Translations under genes and position numbers: made by a program
Notes under the pieces: model-generated
The model's database searches: none
Told to the model about the DNA's origin: nothing
The model's input: the letters and a program-made list of their open reading frames with translations, nothing else
DNA from: Trichoplax adhaerens
Taxonomy: Eukaryota > Animalia > Placozoa
Direction: 5' to 3'
NCBI RefSeq assembly: GCF_000150275.1
Contig: NW_002060944.1
Coordinates: 2,518,152-2,582,151, forward strand
DNA length: 64,000 nucleotides
In this document: positions 54,001 to 64,000 of the stretch, piece by piece
Numbering within the stretch: position 1 is the first letter of the stretch
How the letters are laid out: each line of letters opens with the position of its first letter

Positions 54001-57000
54001 CTAACAACCTGTTGTCTATCTTCATGTGATGAAGCATTTGATTGAAGATCTTGAATATCATCGCTGTGAGGTATTTTATCTTTGCTAGAGTTTGTATTAG
54101 GATACCCAGGCAATGCAGATTCCTTTAATGGTGTTGATAAGTGTTTTATATTTAAGTAAGATGTATCATCATCATTTTTAAAACTAGAGTTTTCTGATTC
54201 AGTTGATTTTGAATTATTAACACCCTTCTGTTCACGAACACGACGTGCAAATGCCTCCAATCGCTCTAAAGTTTGACGGCTTTGCTCGATCTGTTTTTGA
54301 CATCGACCCAACTTCTCACTTTGTCGGGCAATGATTTGTCGTAATTCAACATTTTCATTTAATATATTCTCTGACATTCTATTTTCTTGCTCAAGTCGGC
54401 CTAAACGTTGACTTTGACGACTAATGGTTGATTTTAATTCTTCGTTTAATCGCTGATAACGTACTCGATGTTCATGATTAGCTTGATTTTCATTCTTTAA
54501 CCGGTTGCATTCTTCTTTCGAGTCACACGCTTGCTGCTCTAGCGCTGTTGTTCTTTCTAAGAGTGCTTGTCTCTCTTTACTAAAATCTTGGTTACTTTGT
54601 TGTAGTTTTTCTTCCGTGTGATGATGTTGACTTTTTAGCGATTTTAATTGTTGCTTTAGTTCTTGTATTTGTTGAGTAGCGTCATTCCATTGCTCCATAG
54701 CCCTAGATGGGTAATAGATATGAGATAGTCAATCGAACGAAAGGAAAAATGATGGAAAATATAAAAAGATTAATTATTCGTATTATAGCTATAAGTTCAT
54801 ATCACAGGAGACTAATCCTCTAATAATGTCGTTCACATGCTTGTAATAATTTAAGATTTTATACCCATTCTTCTCTTCATTCAGTTTAGATAATTGTAAA
54901 TCCCACTCTTTCTTTTCATTTTGCACTATTTTCAGTTCATCACTCTTGCTTTGTAGCTGGTGTTGACTTTGGCTTAATTCAGTCTCAATTCGTTTCATAT
55001 TTTTATCCTGAACTGAAACCTCAGCCTCTAAGCTAACAACTCTGTCTTCTAATGATGGTATATGTCGTCGCTGATTTTCAATTTCTTGGCTTAAATATTC
55101 AATTTTGTTATGGGATTGCCTTAATTCGTAACTTAAATTTTCATGGTCATTATGTAACTTATGATTTTCACTGACTAATTTGCTGTTTTCTTCCCTCAAA
55201 TTAGACAATTTTTTACGCAAATTGTCATAGTCGGAATCATTATTTTTCAGGCTATAGTTTGACCCAGTTTCATATTGATCATGGCCAACTAATGACAATT
55301 CAGAGCCACTTTGCTCACCTTTTTTACTGTAGACTAAAGAGTGAGTAATATTACTATGATGTTGAATCAAAGGCGCAGATTGATGGTGATGATAATGAAG
55401 TTGTTGTTGTTGTTGTACAAGACGCCCATATCGGTTCGCAGTATTATCGTGTCCTGTATGAAGAGCACTACTGCTGCTACTACCGTAGGGATTAGCATTT
55501 CCGATAGTTTCTTGAGTAATTCGTGGTGATTCGTGGCCACTTATGTCAGCAAGACTTGTTGGTGTCGTAGACAACTGATTAGGCTCCATAGAAGAATGTT
55601 CATTACCACTTTGCTTTAGGTGAAAGCTGGTTAATGAGGATGTTTCACTGGTACTTTATAGAAATGCAAACAGGAAAAGACATTTTTGATCAAAAATTTG
55701 ACGAAGACTACCAACTAAGAAAGGTAATTTACCTGCTCATAGAGTATTAGGATTTTTCGACAATTTTAATCAACTGTATATTTAATGATTATATTTAATT
55801 TCATTTAATAGATAGCAGATTAGCGTCAAGATGACTCTGATTTAAAATTCAGTTCTTGGGACTTAGATCTAGGCGATACTATGTAATTCTGCCTGTCTTA
55901 TACCGCATAGGCCAAGGCTAAATTTATGTGATTGTTAATACATTTTTACATACAGTTTACCGGGGGAACACTATGAAACTGTAGTCTAAGACTTTTATAT
56001 ATGAATTTTGGCTATCTTTATACAGAATCTTGATATTCATATCACGAAATGATTTAGTATGCGCTGAAATTGAGATCTTAAAATACTTCTTAAAGTCGCA
56101 TTTGTAGCCTTAAATGATGCGATATCATGCTAAATATTTTTATGTCCACGCGAAATATTTAAATCAAAAACGCCACATATATAGGAAATTTATGCTGTGA
56201 ATATGAGAAGCTACAGGACCAGTATCAAAATAAAATAAAACTTGGAAGACATGCATATGTTCTCAGATATTGCCTGTGGAATAGTAGTACAAGTGTATAG
56301 CGTAGAATACAGAAATGATATTAGAAAAATACTTTAATTAATATGTCATGTATTCATCTAGCATGCACTATGCTTTAAGTAGCTAATAAAATGATATTTA
56401 ATGTAGAGTCGACAGGTCATGCACAGTATTATTAATTTAGTATTGTAAACTTATTAAAAAAATGAAAACAGATCAATAGTGCATTATTGCAATGAGTGTA
56501 TATTTGATTAAAATTGAAAATCAGCAGCTAGCATGAGTACTATGCGATTATTAACTTCATTTAAGCTCTACTGTCATACGGACGGTCTTTATTAATAGTG
56601 CATGAAGACGAGTATTTTTCTCGTGTACTTAAAGTAACTTTGCATTTCTCACTAATTAATTGCTAAAAGATAGTACCTGTGACAAATATTAGGTTATTTA
56701 AGTTCAGTAAAGTATCTTCAGTATCGTGGGTTGACGTATGCTTTACATTACATTAGCGTTTACAAATACTAACAGCTTAGTTTATATATTCTTAAAAAAT
56801 GAGATATGGTTAAATTCGTTATTAAGTTGTCGAGTAAGGCACCTATATTATAAATTACTTGCTTTTGCTTATTTATTTCAGATCTTAGGTAATATTTGTA
56901 AGGTATATTCGTTAATGTTAGCAGAAAATGTTTGATTTCCTATGATTGTACTATATCAATAATATAGAAAGGTTTTAATTTAAGAAGTTGATATGTCTTT

Positions 57001-57675
57001 CTTAATGCTCTACATGTTAATAGTATTTAGTTTCTACTAACAGGCTACTCTTACTTTATTGAGAAAAGCGATTAGCTGCATATAGTAATGGATGTTAGTC
57101 GTATTTAGTTTACTGATATTTACTCCTTTAGCAGTAAATTAAATATTCAATGATATTACGCATGATTCAAAGAGAAATATCAAGGAAACAATTCACTAAT
57201 TAAATGAAATGAACATGTGGAAGTGCCATAATTAGACATCATCAGGTATTGAAAGAATAATAAAAATGGGTTTTGTCTTTGGAACAGTAGATATTAACTC
57301 CAGTTAAGCTTTTATTACTATGCATGATGGAAGTAATTATAGCTAATAATAATAGTATTTAGGATTAAAAACTTGATTATTTCAGAGGTATGGGTACATG
57401 CCAATCTATGATATATGTATGGTTTCATTTTTGCAGTCTATTTGTTACGAAAATAAATGTCTCTATATAAATTCATGCCTGTGACTAAATCTGTCTAGGC
57501 TAAAAAATTTTATTTCGTAAATATTAACTTCGTAACTGCGAAGTTACTTAAATTTTAAGGTTATAGCTTACCTATTTAATTCAGATTGGCTTAAACTTTG
57601 TAACGATCTTTCCGTTTCCAGTAACTTTTGACGGAGTTCGAAGCAATCTTTTATCAAGGAGTCTTCGTCGTTCAT
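48074..57675 (-). CDS. CCDC18: Coiled-coil domain-containing protein 18-like (long coiled-coil)
   Basis: First coding exon MNDEDSLIKDCFELRQKLLETERSLQSL and LRKKLSNLREENSKLV..N..L...E.LSYELRQS..IPSLEDRVVSLEAEVSVQDK resemble the CCDC18 N-terminus as I recall it. Large Q/E/L-rich exons correspond to the track ORFs at 54789-55589, 53772-54698, 51892-52914, 51600-51797, 50911-51207, 50084-50602, an exon at ~49687-49929 and 48502-49104. A 92-nt intron (48569-48660) joins the final exon 48074-48568. Confidence 0.8.
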
Positions 57676-58554
57676 TTTATGCTTGGAATAAAATTATTTG
57701 ACCACTAAATCACTAATTTTCTTGTCGTTTTTTAAGTACTGTCGAAGCGGATACTATCAACTTAACAAATAATATTTACCGGTGATTGAGACTAAAACAA
57801 TTGAAACTAAAATTTCTTATTGCTGTTGTAGTGCTAGGACGGCTACAAACTTTAGGTATAAATCAACATTTAAGATAACCTGAAAACAATAATCTATACA
57901 CTTTGTTGGGAAGCGGTAAATGATCGCCCTATAGGAATTAACAGTGATTACTAAATATTGAATTGAAATTTATCGCAGTGCCTGGCTTCTGTGCAGCGAT
58001 ATAAGTAGTTCATAATTATAATGAGTCTAAACTAGCATATCATATCTGTGTAGATTGCTTAGTATTTAATTAAGAGTCGTAGATAAATCTAATTTGATTA
58101 ATTTCGACAGTCCAGTAAAATTTAAATTGCTACTAGGATCTCATCGACAACTTATTAATATTCCTAATGAATTTAAAGTATCGTGCTGATTATATATATA
58201 AATAAGAAGTAGGATGTAAAACAAAATGTAATCGCAATCGTTGAACTGTTCCACTAATAACGACGATGTACTACTGAAGTAGATGTAAATTTTTTTTAAC
58301 TATAGTCATACTAATTACTTAACAGCTATACTTGTTTCGATATAACAATTGCGTCTTCCCTTTGCATAATTATCATCGGATTGTAAATTATTCGTCTTAT
58401 TTTGTGGTTGATCTTTGCTGGTTTTTACAGAATTTCTACCATGCAGCGTTAAACACCAATCCCAAGTTCGATTACCGATGATTATTAATAATAGAATTAT
58501 TATTATTTCTATATTTACTGTTCACTTCTAGAAAAAAGTGTCTTATAAGGAAGA

Positions 58555-58630
58555 ACACTGTACACTGTACAGTGTATACTATACTGTCTACAGTATATTA
58601 TATATTAATTAATTATTATACTACAGTATA
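58555..58630. repeat. Short (GTAC-W)n cluster near the presumed CCDC18 5' end
   Basis: cactgtacactgtacagtgtatactatactgtctacagta. Confidence 0.65.
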
Positions 58631-59638
58631 TATAGTAGTACTATTACAACAATGCTGAAAATTAACAGAACTTTAGTTAATTTAAAACAACGAAATCGAC
58701 CGTTACGTTGCCTTGATTGGTTTACACGATATGGCATGTGATGTAATGAAACAATGTACCGCTCTATGCTCGGGCACTGTATGGTACCTCCACGCAATTT
58801 GGATTGGTCGAAACGACACACTGTTTATAACTGTACCAGGGACTTTTGAGAAAGGCATCTGTCTTACAAGTCCTTGACTGTACACTATACACCACCGTGT
58901 ATAATCAACGATAAAAGGTTCTTTACTGAAAAAAAATAATACAGTATTGTACTGTACTAATTAGGAGTTGTGGTTGCATGTACTACTGTAATGATGGCAG
59001 CTGGGCGCTGCCATAACGACGAAAATCGGCACTTTCTATTACCTCTACTAGTAGCTTATACCCATTCATGCCGTACACTGTAATTTTTCATTCAATGTTG
59101 TGTTGAATATACTGTAATCGTCTATAATTATCGATAGCTTGACTATGTTAACTTTTTACAGAGCACTGTCTTAGGGGTCTATGTATACGTAGTAGTCCGT
59201 GACTATATGTAGTGTAGTCAAGTATAAAGTTCATACTCAATACTGTATCAACAACACTAGACTTGACTAACGTAGCCTGAGCATGCAAAGATTTTTATTT
59301 TGCAATTCTTATAAATTTGCGCAACAGCGCAAATCATGTATTGTAATACATGCAAATTTCAATAAAATCAAGTCTGTTTAGAAAGAAATTCGTAAAGCAA
59401 CTACATTGAGATGCGATTAAGTAATTAATATTAACATGCGAATATATTCAGTCCGTCTGAAAAGGCCGAAATCAATGATGCGCACATTCTGATTACGCTG
59501 TAATTTGAAGTGGACAAAAAATTAAACCATTTCATAGATTTACTCGAATTTAATATTCAACCACTCTGTACATAATCGCATCATTAAAATTCGATAAACA
59601 TGGTTATTTTTACATGCAATCCTAAGATTAAGCATGAA

Positions 59639-62261
59639 TTACGATTCGTCTCCTGCACCTAAACTTTGCAAGAAAGCAGCTTTCTTCTGTGCTACCCTCT
59701 CCTTACGTTGTTCTAAGGTTAATTTCTTTTCATTGAACCTACAGAAAGCAAAATGGCCATTTCAATAAGCCGCAAATAAAAGATCTCAGCGAAACGTGGA
59801 TTGCATACCTCTTGTGAGCTACTTTCTTTTCTTTCTTAGCAAGCGGTGCAGGGTTAGCTCTGATAGCAGAATGTGCACTCTTATACATTTCCTCGACCTA
59901 GCGCAAGTTAGAACGTTAATTCATACATAAAGCGATCTTACACGAGAATTGAACTTAAACACAGTGTCTCTAGTTTGGAGTACACATAACAATTAATGCA
60001 ATCATATTGGCTTATTATGTAAAGGAGCAATGAAATGTTCATATGAGAACAAATATTGCCGATAATATCTTAGAGTTTGTAATATATGATATATACCACT
60101 ATTTAATAGACAAAAGTATCCTGTACTAATTACATTACCCAGGTACCGATTTGCCATATCTTATACTAAATACTTCAGAAAAGGATTTTACTAGCATGAC
60201 AACATCCGCAATAGCTGCGGTATCATCGAAATCGCTTGCTACCGCAATGTGTTTTCGACTGATTAGCAAGTTCGAATATTTCGCTTATCAATGCTTTTAG
60301 AAGCGAAATAGATTTACTGTAGCTTATGATTACAAAATAAAAATGCATAACTGCACGTGTTAGATCTCCTAGGAATTTACTAACTAGTACTGTACATTAC
60401 ATCATCAGATATTATGGTATTACGGATTAAACAATCTAACTTTCACATACCGAATCTGCTGTAATACCATTTTTGATAAAACGTGAAAATTGTGACCTGT
60501 AGGCCTCCTCATCTTCCCCTTGGAGCTGTCGCATATAATCAGCTACATGACATCCAAAGATGCGGTCCCGATGTACTCCAGCATCATATGATTTACTTTC
60601 GTTATCATACCCTGGAAAACGCTTATGCCTAAAGCAAGATTCCTTAAGATTAGACGATATTTAACACAATCTAAATAAAAAAAATTCTAAGTGGTAAAGG
60701 GTCGTACTGATGAGGTATATTTAGGCCACCGTCTACGGCACCCTTCAACGTGCCGAATATACGTGCCCCGGTGGTAGTTCGAGCTAATCCAACATCCAGA
60801 AAGCAACGGAAAGCTCTAGCACCTTCATCTGGTTCTTCAACTTCAAAGTCTTCTCCGTCGGGCTCTTCCACACCAACATATTTATCGGCTAAGTTCAATT
60901 TTGTTAAAACCTGATCAATTTAATACATACTGGTTATAACCTCGTTCCTTCCATCTCAGTGGTGTATGACTAACATGCTCGCTTTCATAAGAAATAAAAT
61001 TATAGACCTTACCCTTCGAGCGAGCAATAATCCGGTACAATAACAAGCGGCGTAATTAGTTAAACCAACTTTGATTCCATAACGCGGAAGCTCGTGAGAG
61101 TACGCAGCACAAAAAATTTCGTCGCCCTCCAACTTAGCACATGCAATCTGATAAAAACAATACGTACAATCAGCAACTTCTGTTACACCAAGCAATGTAC
61201 TGTATACGGCTTATTTTGTAAGACTATTATAGAGTAAATTTACAAATATTTGAGCGTTTCACAATGTGTATGTAATATCCGGATCAGAAACTACTCACCA
61301 GGTCGATAATAAAATGAGTATCACGGATTTGCTATTTTAGGAAATGTTTATTCTAATGCACTATGTATACGCATACACTGTGTAATTCACGGTACTATAG
61401 TTACATTTATGTGATGCAAGCATCAGCTCAGCGCCAGATAAGAATGTCTAGATGCGATCAGGCGAAAGCCATCACAATAACCATGCAAAATTTCGAAATA
61501 GTGCAATGATCGAGACGGGGCATAGTGGATTTTATAACAGTAAAGTGCGGCTAATGGGTAATCAAAATTTATAATTGCAGCGCGGTTATGAGCATGCATT
61601 CAAAGTACCTGGCAAATTACATCTTTGTTTGTTAATCGAACAACCATACGATATTTCGGTGAGTTATACTTGTTCTTGTCTTGCGTGCATAGTCGCTTTC
61701 GTGCGAAGTAATCGGTTTTACCCTCTACAAGAATTTTAAAGTTTTCTTTAAATACCCATTCAACGAGGAAGAAGTAATGAAATCACGCCGCCATATCAAC
61801 TCCAAAATTTAAAGCGTCACTACTATGCAGTACTGCTACTAGCACGACTTACCTCGTCTGCGCTTGTATTTGACTTGAAATCGTTTAAAATAGGCCTTAT
61901 TCTTGACAACTTTGACGAAAGTCTGTCGATGATAAAACAATTCGCAGATCAACTTCAATTACGTTACATGATAAGGACAGCGATTAACTAGTGATAGACA
62001 TTTACGAACAATTTTGACAGTGAGTAACTAACTTTAATAGCTTATCATACAAGCGCTGTTACGTGCAAGCAGTTTTATACTGCACACTGTACAGTATAAC
62101 AGGTGAACTTAATGGCGGTGGCATGCTTTTCTGCAATAGTTTTTACTATCGTAAAATAATCGCAACAATCCGATAATGTATTTCAAAGATTTTATGAAAG
62201 AAGCATATAAATATGATAGTGACAGCATCTTTTTGATAAATGTGGAAAAAAAACGCACCAT
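59639..62261 (-). CDS. RPL5: 60S ribosomal protein L5 (uL18)
   Basis: ATG-only first coding exon (62259-62261), then 61853-61922, 61608-61723, 61013-61147, 60708-60910, 60451-60628, 59808-59896, 59639-59738. These give [118 protein letters not shown]. Confidence 0.98.
61268..61408 (-). ncRNA. Candidate intronic box H/ACA snoRNA in RPL5
   Basis: On the - strand: hairpin, ANANNA hinge (aaaata/atagca), hairpin (atccg..cggat; tactca..tgagta), then ACA plus 3 nt. The length of ~140 nt fits the class. The lower stem of the first hairpin is weak. Confidence 0.4.
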
Positions 62262-62332
62262 TTTGATATTACTTGAGTCCTTCAAAGATCAATCCGCTGA
62301 TCCTAATGATGGCTCCAAAGCGACACGAACAG

Positions 62333-62349
62333 ATTAAGAAGAAGGAATT
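62333..62349 (-). promoter_or_regulatory. Polypyrimidine initiator (TCT/5'TOP) of RPL5
   Basis: The - strand reads ttccttcttcttaatc, ~80 nt upstream of the ATG, typical of ribosomal protein gene start sites. Confidence 0.6.
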
Positions 62350-62402
62350 TCACTCCTTGAGACGCATGCTTATAGAGGTTTTCTGGCACCAATAACTTGA
62401 TC

Positions 62403-63695
62403 TACAGTACTGTACTGTGCAGAAGGTGGACAGGCTAGTACTGTACACTGTACACTTACAGTACTGTACAGTACACGTTCAAAAATATGATTGAAATACA
62501 GTAGAAAGACTACTGTATATTAGAGTATTACTGTACAGTACAGTACAGTATGACATGTACATTGTACAGTACAATGTACAGTACTGTGCAGTACAGGTCT
62601 ACATATAGTACAGTACAGTACTGTACAATGAGTGTACATACTGTACTGTACTGTATACTTGAATTTAATATTAACAAAAAGAAATTAAGTGTTTAGGAAC
62701 TCGTTGTCACTTGATCTTACTGTAGTATTATTAAAACTGGATATAGAAGTACTGTATATACAGTACTGTACTGTACATTAGTTCGGACGGGCGAGAACCT
62801 GTATTTTGTAGTTGGTATATTCAAAGTTTTTACACACGATTGTACACCGTACAGTACTAGCAGGCACTAGTATTAGTCTTAGAAGTCCCTGCACTAATGG
62901 CTCCGATCGGACAGCAAAGTCAGAAATTGTACAGTACTGTAATACCAGCATTGACGTCTATTTGATGAAGTACAGTACTTCACTAGAAGAAGGTACTGTA
63001 CACTACTACCGTACACTACTGTACTGTACACTGTACAGTACTGTACTGTACATTGTACAAACTCTCCAAGCCCGAGAACCTGTAATTTGTAATTGGCAAA
63101 GTTTTTACTCAAAACCGTACAGTACACTGTACTGTATTGTACAGGTCAGTACTGTACTGTACTGTTGTGTACTGTACTGTACAGTATTACTATCTAGAGT
63201 TAACACTAACAACTGTATTGAAAGTTCGTGCTACTCTCACTTAGCATACAGTACAGTACTGTACACGGTACACGATATAAAGTTACTGAACCTCTGACAG
63301 GTCTACACGGTACGGTATAAAGTTACTGAACCTCTGTTAAATGAGCACATTATCGTAAACCGTCAGTAAAGCGACGGGAGTTTGCACTAGTTGTATCGAA
63401 AAGGGGCGGCTTATACTGTATACGTACGCCGTTCACACTTACAACGCATTATACTGTACAGTACAGTACTGTACAGTAATAACAAGTTTGCATAACAGTG
63501 AATTGCATATACTGTACACTGTACACTGTACACTGTACAGTAGTACTGTATTGCATCGTACAATCTAACAAATAAAGCGTAGTACAGTACAGTACAGTAC
63601 TGTACATGTACTGTACAGTACAGTACAGTACAGTATAATAATTTACAATACTACAGTACACTATACTGTACACTGTACTGTACAGTACAGACTGT
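62403..63695. repeat. Large (GTAC-W)n array in the RPL5/AK8 divergent promoter, with internal direct duplications
   Basis: Dense tactgtacagtacagtacagta runs. Duplicated modules cgagaacctgtaWtttgtaRttgg..caaagtttttac occur at 62792 and 63073, and tataaagttactgaacctctg at 63276 and 63316. Confidence 0.92.
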
Positions 63696-63738
63696 AATAC
63701 ACCATCTCTAAATTGTAGCAGTTGTACTGTAATTATCC

Positions 63739-63751
63739 ATTACTTAGCAAC
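63739..63751. promoter_or_regulatory. X-box-like RFX site upstream of AK8
   Basis: ATTACTTAGCAAC has a perfect RGYAAC half-site and one mismatch in the other half; it lies 25 bp before the ATG of a ciliary gene. Confidence 0.55.
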
Positions 63752-63776
63752 CATTTCAAATACTTTCCTTGTCAAT

Positions 63777-63860
63777 ATGGATGCGACTAAGAGGCCATTG
63801 CAAATTCCTCCAGGTTTCTCAACCTACGCTGAAAAACATGGCATTTTTCAACTTCTTGAA
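63777..63860 (+). CDS. AK8: Adenylate kinase 8, first coding exon (gene continues beyond the window)
   Basis: MDATKRPLQIPPGFSTYAEKHGIFQLLE followed by a GT donor; resembles the AK8 N-terminus (MDAT....IPP....Y.E...IF.L). Confidence 0.8.
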
Positions 63861-64000
63861 GTAAAGATATGGCTAATTAAAATTCTATAGAATCTTGCTG
63901 TTAATTATCGTTTCATGAAAACTATTAGCATTTTGCATCTTGTGCAAGTACTGAATGCCAGCAGTGCACTATAATGTTAGTATTTGGGAAATATGCGCAT

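Noticed and set aside
59455-59475. Hammerhead-like CTGA..GGCCGAAA (also tgatgagg..ctcgtaa at ~8567-8588)
   Set aside because: The CUGANGA core or GAAA is incomplete, and stems I-III cannot be formed.

Overview
AT-rich, intron-dense, gene-compact animal genomic DNA. The short GT-AG introns and gene content suggest an early-branching metazoan such as the placozoan Trichoplax; this is inference only. I assembled ten spliced protein-coding genes by hand. In order: uridine-cytidine kinase (+, 5'-truncated), a TTF1/DMTF1-type Myb-repeat protein (-), two-pore channel TPC1 (+), two head-to-head neuronal calcium sensor (NCS-1/frequenin) paralogues (-/+), FAM166/CIMIP2 (-), SCYL3 (+), CCDC18 (-), RPL5 (-) and the first exon of AK8 (+). 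The most striking non-coding signal is a family of (GTAC-A/T)n arrays with a 5-bp period. They sit in every divergent promoter region and are essentially absent from convergent intergenic regions. They carry internally duplicated unique modules with nuclear-receptor-like half-sites, and two of them abut Helitron-like 3' ends. Other points of note: a TPC1 with near-canonical EF-hand loops and an expanded 8-Cys luminal loop beside the two NCS genes, RFX X-boxes at the two ciliary genes, a candidate H/ACA snoRNA in an RPL5 intron, and gene content matching human 9q34/1q24/1p22. Most short ORFs in the supplied track are exon read-through, antisense or repeat artefacts. Exon boundaries were read by eye and may be off by a few bases.
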